A DNA stretch of 64,000 nucleotides from an uncultured delta proteobacterium (GTDB taxonomy: Bacteria > Desulfobacterota > Binatia > UBA9968), in the NCBI GenBank assembly GCA_963847445.1, contig CAWJZV010000004.1:32001-96000 (forward strand), written 5' to 3'. Of the stretch, positions 42,034-52,771 are shown piece after piece (positions within the stretch are counted from its first letter, which is position 1; each line of letters opens with the position of its first letter). A program made the position numbers and the translations under genes. The notes beneath the pieces are model-generated. The model did no database searches. It was not told the origin of the DNA and saw only the letters and a program-made list of their open reading frames with translations.

Positions 42034-42939
42034 TCATTTTTCGAAGAGCAGGCTTTCCTGACGATGCGCCTGCGCCAGCTCCTCAAGCAGCTGAGCGATC
42101 GCGGCCTCGTCGTCTAAGCCGCACGCTTGAGAGCAACTGGCTCGGGCGGTGTCGTCGGTTCGGTGAAAAATCCCAGATTGCACCGGCAGCTGAGATAGTC
42201 GGCGACAGTCAACAGGTTCGCCACTTCATTATTGCTGGCGCCGTCGCTATGGTGCTTCAGCGTCGCGTGGATGATCTGGCCGTCGAGATTCCAGCGGTTG
42301 AGAATCGTGTGGCCCATGAGCGCGTGATCGACGCCGTACACTTCGCGCTCGGCTTCGACGACGGGGCGCCGCGCCGCCTGAACACCGATCAATAAGTTCT
42401 CGTAGCCCGTCGGGATCGCCGTGCAAAAATAGCATCTGTCCGACGTCGTGCATGAGACCGATGAGAAAGCCGATCTCGTCGTCGCGCGAGCGAGCCCGCT
42501 GAGACAAGATGCGCATCGCCAAGGCCACGCCCAGCGAATGGCGCCACAGCTTCTCGGAAATAGGGTTGCCCTTCACGCGCAAGCTCTGGGTTGCGCTGGT
42601 GATCACCAGACTGGTCAGGGCGCGAAAGCCGAGCACCTGGACGGCGCCGAGGAGCGTGGTCGGCAGAGTGCGCAGCGCGTAACGGGGCGACCGCGACACC
42701 GCCAAAACCCGCGCCGCGAGCATCGGCTCGTCGGCCAGCACGCGACAGAGATTTTGCATGCTGACTTCCGGATCCTGGACCAGCTCCAACAGCTTATTCA
42801 CCACCGCCGGGACGGACGGCAGTGGGTGGCCCTCCATTACATTGTGGAGATAATTGCGCACCGGCCCTGGGCGCAAACTGTTGGTTTGATTCGCGGCTTT
42901 CGGTATCACGGCCACTCTCGATATAAAAATTATCGGCAT
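42034..42939 (-). CDS. HDOD domain protein (frameshifts near 42400 and 42120)
   Basis: LPSVPAVV, LAARVLAVSRSP, LWRHS, GLMHDVG, EREVYGVDHA...WNL. Confidence 0.85.
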
Positions 42940-43224
42940 GGCTGCGGAGAACTTTAGAACTTACCATCGACCGTAATCGATCTCTTCAAAGTTCTCGCGT
43001 AGCGGCATCGCCTGCCCCCAAGACCCTGGTGACAAGAAACAAAAACCGGCCATGCGGACGAAAGTCTTAGCGTCGCATATGTCCAACGCCGCGCCGTCCG
43101 GCACCAACGGCTGGAGCAGCGCCGGATCGCTTTCGTAATCGAGCAGCGCCCGCTAGCGCCAGTCGGTGGTGAGAAACGGTTTGCCGTACTGATTAAGGGA
43201 GCTACGGCCAGCAAGATTCTACGA

Positions 43225-43570
43225 TCAGAATTTTTCGTCTTCTGGAATTATGTCTGTCACCAGATCGCGAATCAGCGGCCGCTTGGGCAGCGGCTCGACG
43301 GTCGTTCTACCCGGCATAAGTTTGGCGATGCAGGTGTACTCGACGGCGCCGTTGACCAGCGCCATGCAGGTCTTGCACGCATTGGCGTTGATGCAGCTGT
43401 AGCGGATCGCCAGGCCGCTGTCCAAATTCCCACGAATCCATCGCAGGGCGTCGAGCACCGACATGCCCTCTTCGTAGGGTACTTGGAAATCGTCGTAGCG
43501 CGGCGCCTCGCCCGGCGCGCCGCGCCGGACATGAAGGGTCGCCGTTTTTGATTGCCGCCGCCATTGTCAT
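43225..43570 (-). CDS. 2Fe-2S ferredoxin resembling only the N-terminal domain of SdhB/FrdB (frameshift near 43545)
   Basis: SVLDALRWI, RYSCINANACKTC...C, VEPL...IRDLVTD; ends at about 115 aa. Confidence 0.8.
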
Positions 43571-45293
43571 CCGCCGGGCAAGCGCACAGGCGCGATCCAG
43601 CTCGTCCGCAGTTCACCGTTGTCCAAGGCAACGGCTTGGTTTTTCAGAAATGAATCGTCCGGCGCGGGAAAATCTTCGCGCTGGTGCGCGCCCCGGCTCT
43701 CGGTGCGGGCCAGCGCGGCGGTAACGATCGCCGCGGCGGTGGTCAGCATGGCGCGCAGCTCGAACCAATCTTGAAGATCCAGGTTGTAGGGCTGCGCCGC
43801 GGCGACCTTCAGGCTCGGCAGTTGCTGCTGCATGTCCTCGATTCGTGCCAGCGCCGCTGACAATTTTTCGCCGCGGCGAAACGGCCCGGCGTTCTCCCAC
43901 ATGAGTCTTTGCAGCTCGGCCTGCAGCGAGATCGGCGTCAGCGCGCCGGCGCCATCGCTGCATGCGGAACCGCGCAGACGTTCGAGAGCCGCCTGCGCCG
44001 CGCTTTCATGCCAATGAGAATTTATCTGTTTAACCTTGAGCGCGGCGCTCGCTCCAGCGCGCTCACCGAAAACGAAGGCTTCGGTGATGGCGTTGCCGGA
44101 CAATCGATTGGCGCCGTTGGCGCCGCCCACCGCTTCGCCGGCGGCGTAAAGCCCGGCGATGCGCGTTTGCATGTCGGCGTCGACGCGAATGCCGCCCATG
44201 TGGTAGTGCGCCATGGGACCGACCTCCACCGGTGTTTTGGTCAGATCGATGCCATTGGTCAGCAAACGGTCGATCACCGGACCGAACGCGCCGCGCAGGT
44301 CGGCCTCGGCAACATGGCGGAAGTCCAAGTAAGCCCCGCCATGGGGCGTGCCGCGGCCGGCCTCGACTTCTTTCAAGATGGCGTAGGCGGCGACATCGCG
44401 GGTGGCGTTGTACTTGCCGAAATCCGTGCTGCCGTAGCGGTCGATGAATTCTTCGAACCTGCCGTTGAGTAATTTACCGCCGAGCTTGTAGCGAAACGGA
44501 TCCCACATGATCGGGTCCATGCCGACCAGGCGCGGCGCCAGGTGACCGATGGGAAAGAACTGGACGAACTCCATATCGATCAATTCCGCGCCCGGCCCAC
44601 AAGGCCATCGCATAGGCTTCGCCGCCCATGTTGGCCGACGCGCTATTGCGCTCGTAGAGTTTGGTCAAACCGCCGGCGGCGAGGATCACCGCCTTGGCCT
44701 CGATGACCAGCCACCGTCCGTCGGCGAGATCGAGCGCGACGGCGCCCATCGCTCTGCCCTCGCCAACGAGAATTTCCACCACGGCAAGGTTACTGATGCG
44801 GCGAATCGCGGCAGTCTCGCTGACCTTGCGCCGCAAGGTCGCCGCCACCGCCGGACCGGTATTGAGAAAGTCGACATAGCAGCAGCGCTTGACGCTATGG
44901 CCGGGCGCCATCTCCTGCTTGATGTGGCCGTCCTCGCGCGCCCAGCGGGTGCCCCACTGCGCCATCTCGCGTATGCGCGTCGGCCCATCTTCACAGAGTA
45001 AATACGCCAGCGCCTGATTGCACAGGCCGCGCCCGGCGTTCAAGGTGTCGTGAAAATGCAGTTGCACCGAGTCGGCTTCCTGCTCTCCCAGGGCGACGGC
45101 AACAGTCATCTGTGCCATGATCGTCGCGCCGCCGCGGCCGACCTGGCTCTTGTCGAGCAGGAGCACCGACGCGCCCTCGCGCGCCGCGGCGATCGCCGCG
45201 TACATGCCGGCGCCGCCGGCGCCGACGATGAGAACATCTGTGGAGAGATCGAGGCATTGGCGATCAGCGGTCGCGATTGCGTTGGCGATTCAT
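43567..45293 (-). CDS. FAD-dependent oxidoreductase, SdhA/FrdA/NadB family (frameshifts near 44605 and 45250)
   Basis: DVLIVGAGGAG, ILAAGG, DMEFVQF, HYHMGG, GLYAAGE, GANRL, RTESRGAH; start approximate. Confidence 0.88.
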
Positions 45294-45446
45294 TTTTCCC
45301 AGAGCCGCGCGGACGATCGTCGGGATTGCATTGCGTCGACTCGAACTCGACTTTCTCTTTGTCGTCATTCCCGTGCACAAGCGGGAATCGAGGTTTGACC
45401 GGACAGACCTGCCGCGGCATAGCCGCATCCGAAACACGGAATCCCC

Positions 45447-45700
45447 AGCGCTAAGCTCGCAAGGTGGCGGCCATGCCCGTCATCCGGAGTCGAATGGAGG
45501 GATCCAAGAGACTTCTCGCTTCGGTCGAAATGACGGAACTCCGAACTTGGCGTCTTGCGCCTTTGCGGAGAGTCAATTCCCGTTTCGAGTATGCCAAATC
45601 ACCGGAAAATTTGTTCGAGCCGGACAAACTGTCAAGCATAGTAGCACGAAGTGCGGAATCTTAATCATCCGAACCTTCGTGTCCTTCGTGCCTTCGTGGT
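45447..45700. repeat. Composite palindromic repeat, copy C
   Basis: GCGCTAAGCTCGCAAGGTG...GCCCGTCATCC...GTCGAAATGAC...TCCGAACTTGGCGTCTTGCGCC; CCGGAAAATTTG...CAAACT unit also at about 26882; CTTCGTG arm overlaps the rnc end. Confidence 0.8.
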
Positions 45701-46404
45701 GCAAGCGTCTTCTCGCTATCGCCTTGCTGCAGCTCCAGCAGCGCCAATTTAGCCGCTTCCTGTTCAGAAATTTTCTTACTCTTCCCTTCACCCTTGCCCA
45801 ACACCCTACCGCCCACCGTGATCTCGGTGACGAAGACTTTTTCATGATCGGGACCGGCCTCGGCGACGATCTGGTAAGTTGGCGGCTCGTGAAACAGCAT
45901 CTGGCTGATTTCCTGCAGCCGGGTCTTGTAGTCTTGCTGGCCCAACTGTTTGCCGGTGACATCCTGGAGGAAAAAGCGCTCGACGACGCTGCGCGCCGCT
46001 TGGTAACCGCCGTCGCGATAGACGGCGCCGAGGATCGCCTCGAAGGCGCCCGCTAGGATCGACGGTTTGCTGCGCCCTTCACTGCGTTCTTCGCCCTTGC
46101 CCAGACGCAAGAACGCGCCGAGCTTGAGCTCGCCCGCCTTCTCCGCCAGCACCGTGGAATTCACCAGCGCCGCGCGCATGCGCGACAGATCGCCCTCGGT
46201 CTTGTCGGGATTATGCTGCATCAACAAATCGCTCACCGCCAGGTCGAGCACGGCGTCGCCGAGAAACTCCAGGACTTCGTTATGATCGCCGCTCTTGTGC
46301 CGGTCGTAGGACACATGGGTGAGGGCGCGCTCGAGCAAAGTCTCGTCTGTGAAACTGTAGCCCAATTCGCCCAGCAGAAGATTGAGTTGTGCGTCGGTAT
46401 TCAA
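45661..46404 (-). CDS. rnc: Ribonuclease III
   Basis: ALTHVS, NEVLEFLGDAVL, FEAILGAVY, dsRBD DYKTRLQE...GPDH; TTG start inferred. Confidence 0.95.
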   Translation of the reverse strand: MNTDAQLNLLLGELGYSFTDETLLERALTHVSYDRHKSGDHNEVLEFLGDAVLDLAVSDLLMQHNPDKTEGDLSRMRAALVNSTVLAEKAGELKLGAFLRLGKGEERSEGRSKPSILAGAFEAILGAVYRDGGYQAARSVVERFFLQDVTGKQLGQQDYKTRLQEISQMLFHEPPTYQIVAEAGPDHEKVFVTEITVGGRVLGKGEGKSKKISEQEAAKLALLELQQGDSEKTLAPRRHEGHEGSDD

Positions 46405-46411
46405 GGGGGTT

Positions 46412-47755
46412 TCACCGATCGGTTGCGGTGAGATTTCGCTGGTCGGCCGGAGTCTCCACGGTATCCACGATACCGCGCAGCCAACCGCTGCGGTATTCGC
46501 CCAGACGCACGGTGACTTCGCGGTTGGCCAGCACGCCGGCGCCGGCGAGCGCCACCGGCAAGTAATTGCGGCTGAAACCACGACCCAAGCCGGTTGTCTT
46601 GTCGACTCTGCCCTCGACCAGCACGGCCATGCGCTGGCCGGCAAATCCGGCGCAAAACTCCTGCTTCTTGCGCGCGCCCAGATCGCGCATCCGTTGGGCG
46701 CGCAGTTTTTTCACCGGGGTTGGCACCGGATCCGGCAACGTCGCCGCCACCGTGCCGCGCCGCGACGAATAAGGAAAAACATGAAAATAGGTGAGAGGCA
46801 GGTGGTCAAAATACTTAAGCGAAGCCTCGAACTGCCCGTCGCTCTCGCCGGGGAAGCCGACGATGACATCGCTGCCAATCGCCGCATCGGGCAGACGTTG
46901 GCGGACACGCGCGAGCAGGTCGCGATAGTAGGCGGTGTCGTAATTGCGCCGCATCGCTTTGAGAATCGCGTCATCGCCCGCCTGGGCGCAGATATGCAGA
47001 TGCGGGCAGATCGAATCCGAACTCGCCATTAAATCGAGCAGCCGATCGGGGACTTCGCGCGGGTCGAGAGAACTGAGACGAATGCGCGACATCAAACCGC
47101 TTTCGGCGATCTGCTCGACCAGCGCGGTCAAATCCAGTTTCGCCGGCAGATCCTGGCCGTAGCCGCCGAGATGAATGCCGGTGAGGACGATCTCCTGGTA
47201 ACCCGAGTCGGCCAGTTGGCGCACCTGCGCCAACACTTGCCGCGGCATCACGCTGCGGCTTAGGCCGCGCGCCGTCGGGATGATGCAGTAGCTGCAGCTA
47301 TAGTTGCAGCCCTCCTGGATCTTCACAAAGGCGCGGGTGTGGCCGGGCAGCGCCCGGGTGCCCAACACCGGCACGCCGCGCTCACGCTTGACGTCGCTCA
47401 CCGCCACCTGAGTTTCCCCGAGCGGCGCAGCCTCGACGAAACGGAGCAAATCGTCCAGGCGATTGAGACCGACGACATAGTCGACGCCTTCCAGCCGCGC
47501 CACCTCGTCCGGACTGACCTGGGCGTAGCAGCCGGTGACCAGCACCCTGGCGCCGGGATTCATCCGTTTGGCGCGGCGCACCAGCTGGCGCGCCTGCCAA
47601 TCGGCGCGGTCGGTGACCGTGCAAGTATTGATCACATAGCAGTCCGCGGCGGCTTCGAAGGGCACGAACGAATGCTTTGCCTCCAAGCGGTTTTGAATCA
47701 CCGCCGAGTCGTACTGATTGATTTTGCAACCGAGAGTGGTGATAGCAATCTTCAT
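46412..47755 (-). CDS. mtaB: tRNA ms2t6A37 methylthiotransferase
   Basis: TLGCKINQYD, INTCTVT, KIQEGCNYSCSYC, HVFPYS. Confidence 0.95.
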   Translation of the reverse strand: MKIAITTLGCKINQYDSAVIQNRLEAKHSFVPFEAAADCYVINTCTVTDRADWQARQLVRRAKRMNPGARVLVTGCYAQVSPDEVARLEGVDYVVGLNRLDDLLRFVEAAPLGETQVAVSDVKRERGVPVLGTRALPGHTRAFVKIQEGCNYSCSYCIIPTARGLSRSVMPRQVLAQVRQLADSGYQEIVLTGIHLGGYGQDLPAKLDLTALVEQIAESGLMSRIRLSSLDPREVPDRLLDLMASSDSICPHLHICAQAGDDAILKAMRRNYDTAYYRDLLARVRQRLPDAAIGSDVIVGFPGESDGQFEASLKYFDHLPLTYFHVFPYSSRRGTVAATLPDPVPTPVKKLRAQRMRDLGARKKQEFCAGFAGQRMAVLVEGRVDKTTGLGRGFSRNYLPVALAGAGVLANREVTVRLGEYRSGWLRGIVDTVETPADQRNLTATDR

Positions 47756-47769
47756 GTTCTCACTTGGTA

Positions 47770-47851
47770 AAATTCCAAATTACAAATTCCATATTCCAAA
47801 TTCATCCGATTCCGAGTTCTGCAATTTGGAATCTGTAATCTGGAATTTGGA
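47770..47851. repeat. Inverted tandem 7-mer arms (AAATTCC / GGAATTT)
   Basis: AAATTCCAAATTACAAATTCCATATTCCAAATT ... AATTTGGAATCTGTAATCTGGAATTTGGA. Confidence 0.8.
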
Positions 47852-47865
47852 TCGAGCACGCGCTG

Positions 47866-48930
47866 CTAACGCAGCGCCCGCTCGATCCAACCACCGCCGA
47901 GCACTTGCTCGCCGCGATAAAAAACCGCCGCCTGGCCGGGTGTCACCGCCGCCAGTGGATGATCGAAGCGAACCTCGCAGCCGCCATCCGCCAGAGGGCG
48001 AATCACGCAAGGCACCGCCGGCGCGCGGTAGCGAATCTGCACTTCGGCGGCGCTTTCGCCATCCATCGGGGCTTCGATCCAGTTCACCGCGCCGGCGATC
48101 AGCCCAGGGCAATTCAAATCGTTCTTATTACCGACGACCACCCGCTTGGAGCGCTCGTCGATGTCGACGACGTAAAGCGGTTCGGCACCGGAGATGCCCA
48201 ATCCACGGCGCTGGCCGACGGTGACGGTGTGGACCCCGCCATGCTGCCCGAGCACTTTGCCGGAACGGTCGACCACGTCGCCGCCGCCTAACTCATCGGC
48301 GCCAGCGTAGGTGGCGACCAAAGCTTTGTAATCGCCGAAACAGATGTCCTGGCTCTCCGGCCGCTCCGCCGCGGGCAAGGCCAACTGCCGGGCTTTCTCG
48401 CGCACCGCAGTCTTGTGCATCCCGCCCAGGGGAAACAGCGTGCGCGACAATTGCGCCTGCGACAATGCGAAGAGAAAATACGACTGATCCTTGGCGCCGT
48501 CGACAGCGCGCAGCAATGACGTATGCGCCGTCGTGGAATCCTGTGCGAGCCGGGCATAATGGCCGGTGGCGACGAAATCCGCCCCCTGCTCATCGGTCCA
48601 GCGCAGCAGCGTGCCGAGCTTGAAGTCGCGATTGCACGCCACGCAGGGATTGGGCGTGCGGCCGTGCAGATAGTCCTGGGCAAACGGCTTGACCACCATG
48701 CTGGCGAATTGCTCGCGCAGGTCGAGCAAGGTATGCGAGATGCCCAGGTGTTTGGCGACTTCCTCGGCGCCGCGATGATCCGAGCATACCCGCGGCCCCT
48801 TCTCGCCCTCCCACATGCGCAGCGAGACGCCGATGACCTCATGCCCTTGCTCCACCAGCAGCGCCGCGGTCACCGAACTGTCGACGCCGCCGCTCATGGC
48901 GACGACGATTTTTTTCTTTTCACCATTCAT
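47866..48930 (-). CDS. mnmA: tRNA 2-thiouridine(34) synthase
   Basis: SGGVDSSV, TPNPCVACN, ATGHY, KDQSYFL, ESQDICF, TPGQ. Confidence 0.97.
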   Translation of the reverse strand: MNGEKKKIVVAMSGGVDSSVTAALLVEQGHEVIGVSLRMWEGEKGPRVCSDHRGAEEVAKHLGISHTLLDLREQFASMVVKPFAQDYLHGRTPNPCVACNRDFKLGTLLRWTDEQGADFVATGHYARLAQDSTTAHTSLLRAVDGAKDQSYFLFALSQAQLSRTLFPLGGMHKTAVREKARQLALPAAERPESQDICFGDYKALVATYAGADELGGGDVVDRSGKVLGQHGGVHTVTVGQRRGLGISGAEPLYVVDIDERSKRVVVGNKNDLNCPGLIAGAVNWIEAPMDGESAAEVQIRYRAPAVPCVIRPLADGGCEVRFDHPLAAVTPGQAAVFYRGEQVLGGGWIERALR

Positions 48931-48990
48931 CGAATCACGACCGATTTGAACGGCTTGAACGATTTGAACGTTTTGAACGCGTTAACTGTT

Positions 48991-49725
48991 TCAGCTGCCG
49001 GTATTGCGCAGCGCTTCTTTGATGCGATTGAGCTCTTCGGTTTCCTCGGCGGTCTTTTCTTCGAGACCGCCCTGGCGCGCGCTCAGTTCGTCGACTTTCC
49101 TCTCCAACTTTTCGATATAGTCGCCCACCGCGCTCAGCGCCTTGGCGATGGGATCGGGGAGGTCGGCGGAATTCAAATCGATGATCGCCTTGCCGGTGGG
49201 CGTATGCTGCGCTTCGACTTTGACCACTTTACCGGGAATGCCGACGACGGTCGAATGGGCCGGCACCGCGGTCACCAGCACCGAGCCGGCGCCAATCCGG
49301 CTATGACGGCCCACCGTCACCGGACCGAGCACCGCCGCGCCGCTGAAAATCGTCACGGAATCTTCGATGGTCGGATGGCGTTTGATGCGCTGGGTGGAAG
49401 TGCCGCCGAGCGTCACGCCTTGATAGATGGTCACGTCATCGCCGATCTCGGCGGTCTCGCCGATGACCACGCCCATGCCATGATCGATAAAAAAGCGCCG
49501 GCCGATCTTCGCCCCCGGATGGATCTCGATACCGGTGAGAAACCGTCCGAGGTGGCTGACGAAGCGCGCCAGCGTCGTCAGCCCTTGGCGCCACAGCGCA
49601 TGGGCCATGCGGTGCAGCACGATGGCGTGAAATCCCGGATAGGCCAGGACGATCTCCCAGACCGAACGCAGCGCCGGATCGCGCTGCGAAACTACCTGGA
49701 AATCTTCTTTAATGGTTTGCCACAT
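48991..49725 (-). CDS. cysE: Serine O-acetyltransferase
   Basis: [45 protein letters not shown]. Confidence 0.96.
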   Translation of the reverse strand: MWQTIKEDFQVVSQRDPALRSVWEIVLAYPGFHAIVLHRMAHALWRQGLTTLARFVSHLGRFLTGIEIHPGAKIGRRFFIDHGMGVVIGETAEIGDDVTIYQGVTLGGTSTQRIKRHPTIEDSVTIFSGAAVLGPVTVGRHSRIGAGSVLVTAVPAHSTVVGIPGKVVKVEAQHTPTGKAIIDLNSADLPDPIAKALSAVGDYIEKLERKVDELSARQGGLEEKTAEETEELNRIKEALRNTGS

Positions 49726-49735
49726 GGGAGCGGGG

Positions 49736-49830
49736 AATGGGTAAATGGAGTGATGGAGTGATGGAGTATTGGGTCGGAATCGGCCCGTTCTTTCCATCAC
49801 TCCATTACTCCACTACTCCATCACTCCAAT
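49736..49830. repeat. Inverted tandem 8-mer arms (TGGAGTRA / YACTCCA)
   Basis: ATGGAGTGATGGAGTGATGGAGTATTGG ... CCATCACTCCATTACTCCACTACTCCATCACTCCAAT. Confidence 0.85.
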
Positions 49831-49833
49831 CTT

Positions 49834-51414
49834 CTAATTCGCCCTATGCCGCGCGTCCTTGTACAACTTGTAGTCGATACTGTCGACCAACGCTTGCCAG
49901 CTCGCCTCGATGACGTTGTGCGAAACCCCGACGGTGCCCCAGCGTTCCTTGCCGTCGCCCGATTCGATCAGCACCCGCACCACCGCGCCGGTGCCTTCGC
50001 CCGAGGACAGCACGCGGACTTTGTAGTCGAGCAACTCCACTTGCTTGAGCGCCGGGTAAAATTTAGTCAGCGCCCGGCGCAGCGCTTGGTCCAGCGCATT
50101 CACCGGACCGTTGCCCATCGCCGCCGCATGTTCGAGCTCGCCGTCGACTTGAACTTGAATGGTCGCTTCGGAAATCGGCGCTTCGCCTTCCTTGCGCTTT
50201 TCATCGATGACGCGAAAGCCGATCAGATTGAAATTCTTCTTTTTCTTGCCCAACGCTTCCTGAATCAGCAGTTCGAAGGAAGCTTCCGCCGCTTGAAACT
50301 CGTAGCCCTGGCCCTCGAGCTCTTTGGTGCGGCGCAGCACCTCTTTAATGGCATCGTTCTTGTCGGTCAAATCGATGCCGTATTCTTTGCCCTTGTAGAC
50401 CACGTTGCTGCGGCCGGACAGATCCGAGACCAAAACCCGCTGGCGGTTGCCGACCACCACGGGATCGATATGCTCGTAGGTCTCGCGGTTCTTGATCACG
50501 CCGGAAACATGCAGCCCGCCCTTATGGGCGAAGGCGCTGTCGCCGACATAGGCCTGGCGCTTGTTGGGATTGATATTGGCGAGCTCGTAGAACAGCTGCG
50601 ACACTTCGCGGAGTTTTTTCAGCTGCGCCGGGGTCACGCATTTCTTGCCCATCTTGAGCTGCAAGTTGGCGATCACCGAGATCAAATTCATGTTGCCGCA
50701 GCGTTCGCCGAAACCGTTGATGGTGCCCTGCACCTGGGTGACGCCCATCTCGACGCCGGCGAGCGTGTTGGCCACCGCCAGCTCGCCGTCGTTATGGCAA
50801 TGAATCCCCAGCGGCGTCTTGACCGCCCGGTTGACCTGGGTCAGCGCTTCGCGAATCTCGCCGGGCAGCCGCCCGCCATTGGTCTCGCACAGGACGATCC
50901 AGTCGGCGCCGCCATCCTGCGCCGCCTTGAGGCACTCGATGGCGTAGTCCGGGTTGGCGCGGAAGCCGTCGAAGAAGTGCTCGGCGTCGAAGATCACTTC
51001 GTCGACGCGCTTTTTCATATAGGCGATGGAATCGCCGATGATGTCCAGGTTGGCCTTTTGACTGATGCGCAGATCGTCGCGCACATGCAGGTCCCAGGTC
51101 TTGCCGACCAGGGTCACCACCGGCGTGTCGGCCGCCAGCAGCACGCGCAGATTGAAATCCTGGGAAGGCTTGATGCCGACCTTCATGGTGGTGCCGAAGG
51201 AAGCTACCCTGGCATTCTTGAGCTTGAGCTTTTTGACCCGCTTGAAAAAATCGGCGTCGCGCTCGTTGGAGCCGGGATAGCCGCCTTCGATGTAATCGAT
51301 GCCGAGCTCGTCCAATTTCGCGGCGATGCGCAACTTGTCTTCCAGGGTAAACGAAACATCCTCGGCTTGGCAGCCGTCCCGCAGCGTCGTGTCGTACAGC
51401 AAAACATCTTTCAT
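49834..51414 (-). CDS. cimA: Citramalate synthase
   Basis: YDTTLRDG, DAEHFFDG, HCHND, GERCGN, AFAHKGG, YQFE-like YEFQAAEASF; Geobacter-type CimA downstream of lysC. Confidence 0.93.
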   Translation of the reverse strand: MKDVLLYDTTLRDGCQAEDVSFTLEDKLRIAAKLDELGIDYIEGGYPGSNERDADFFKRVKKLKLKNARVASFGTTMKVGIKPSQDFNLRVLLAADTPVVTLVGKTWDLHVRDDLRISQKANLDIIGDSIAYMKKRVDEVIFDAEHFFDGFRANPDYAIECLKAAQDGGADWIVLCETNGGRLPGEIREALTQVNRAVKTPLGIHCHNDGELAVANTLAGVEMGVTQVQGTINGFGERCGNMNLISVIANLQLKMGKKCVTPAQLKKLREVSQLFYELANINPNKRQAYVGDSAFAHKGGLHVSGVIKNRETYEHIDPVVVGNRQRVLVSDLSGRSNVVYKGKEYGIDLTDKNDAIKEVLRRTKELEGQGYEFQAAEASFELLIQEALGKKKKNFNLIGFRVIDEKRKEGEAPISEATIQVQVDGELEHAAAMGNGPVNALDQALRRALTKFYPALKQVELLDYKVRVLSSGEGTGAVVRVLIESGDGKERWGTVGVSHNVIEASWQALVDSIDYKLYKDARHRAN

Positions 51415-51422
51415 AACTTCCT

Positions 51423-52634
51423 CTAATTGGCGATGAAGGCCTCGTGCAAGGCGCGCACGGCGTGATCCGACTGCTTGGCGTCGATGACCACGGAAATCTT
51501 GATCTCGGAAGTCGAGATCATTTGAATATTGATCTTCTCCCGCGCCAGGGTCTCGAACATCATCGCCGCCACGCCGGCATGGGTGCGCATGCCGACGCCG
51601 ACCACGGAAACCTTGGCGATATCGGTATCGACCCGCACGCCCTTGGCGTGCACTTCCGGCAGCGACTTCTCGACGATGGCGAGGGCCCTTTGATGATCGG
51701 CCATGGGCACGGTGAACGTCAGATCGGTGGTGCCGTCTTGACTGGCATTTTGAATGATCATGTCGACGACGATATGCGCCGCCGCGATCGGGCCGAATAT
51801 CTGCGCCGCCAGGCCGGGCTGATCGGGAACCCGGACCAGGGTGATCTTGGCTTCGTTCTTGTCGCAGGCCACTCCGGAGACCAATACATCGCTCATGCTG
51901 TCATCCTCCTCGACCAGCCAGGTGCCTTCGACATCGGCAAACGTCGAACGGACATGCACCGGCACGCCGTATTTTTTCGCGAACTCGACGGAACGGATCT
52001 CCAAAACTTTCGCGCCGGTGCTGGCGAATTCGATCATCTCGTCATAGGAAATCTTGGCCAACTTGCGCGCCTGCGGACAGATGCGCGGGTCGGTGGTAAA
52101 GACGCCCTCGACATCGGTATAAATCTCACAAGCCTTGGCGTTGAGAAACGCCGCCAGCGCCACCGCGCTGGTGTCCGAGCCGCCCCGCCCCAGGGTGGTG
52201 ATGTTGTCATTCTCATCGACGCCTTGGAAACCGGCGATGACGACGACTTCGCCGGCGTTCAAGGCCTGGACGATCTTGGTCGAGTCGATGCTCAAGATGC
52301 GCGCCTTGCCGTAGGCGTTATCGGTCTCGATGCGCACCTGATGGCCCAAGTAGGAACGGGCCGGCTGGCCGGTCTCTTTGATCGCCAGACTCAACAGCGC
52401 GACGGTCACCTGCTCACCGGTGGCGATCAGGACATCTTTTTCCCGCTCGTCGGGAATCGGCGAAATCTCCTGGGACAGGGCGATCAACCGGTTGGTCTCC
52501 CCGGCCATGGCGGAAACCACCACGACGACGTCGTTGCCGGCCCGCTTCGCGGCCGCGACTTTCGCCGCCACGCCTTTGATCTTGGCGATGGAGCCGACGG
52601 AGGAGCCGCCATATTTCTGTACTAACAACCCCAC
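51423..52634 (-). CDS. lysC: Aspartate kinase
   Basis: VQKYGGSSV, TTLGRGGSDTSA, YTDVEG, two ACT domains, STSEIKIS; GTG start. Confidence 0.96.
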   Translation of the reverse strand: MGLLVQKYGGSSVGSIAKIKGVAAKVAAAKRAGNDVVVVVSAMAGETNRLIALSQEISPIPDEREKDVLIATGEQVTVALLSLAIKETGQPARSYLGHQVRIETDNAYGKARILSIDSTKIVQALNAGEVVVIAGFQGVDENDNITTLGRGGSDTSAVALAAFLNAKACEIYTDVEGVFTTDPRICPQARKLAKISYDEMIEFASTGAKVLEIRSVEFAKKYGVPVHVRSTFADVEGTWLVEEDDSMSDVLVSGVACDKNEAKITLVRVPDQPGLAAQIFGPIAAAHIVVDMIIQNASQDGTTDLTFTVPMADHQRALAIVEKSLPEVHAKGVRVDTDIAKVSVVGVGMRTHAGVAAMMFETLAREKINIQMISTSEIKISVVIDAKQSDHAVRALHEAFIAN

Positions 52635-52653
52635 GCACCTAACCCCGCAATCT

Positions 52654-52771
52654 ATTTTGGATTGTCGATTGTCGGATGAAGATCCACGCCGGCACTTCAT
52701 AGCAGTCTTTGTTCATGCTCCGATCCCTCAATCCAAAATCCAAAAGCCGCCCCGCGGACGAAATCGAAAAT
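52654..52771. repeat. Inverted tandem 7-mer arms (TTGGATT / AATCCAA)
   Basis: ATTTTGGATTGTCGATTGTCGGA ... TCCGATCCCTCAATCCAAAATCCAAAA...AAATCGAAAAT. Confidence 0.65.

Noticed and set aside
49725-49800. N-terminal extensions of cysE, and likewise lysC, rnc and grdE-like paralog 2, in the ORF track
   Set aside because: The extensions run through intergenic repeats or overlap upstream genes; homology begins at downstream starts.
49846-51426. 526-aa plus-strand ORF, and similar long antisense ORFs at 51444..52625, 48523..49761, 39814..40812, 57609..58454 and 62567..63529
   Set aside because: Antisense shadows of well-supported high-GC genes (cimA, lysC, cysE, maturase and others); no motifs or RBS.
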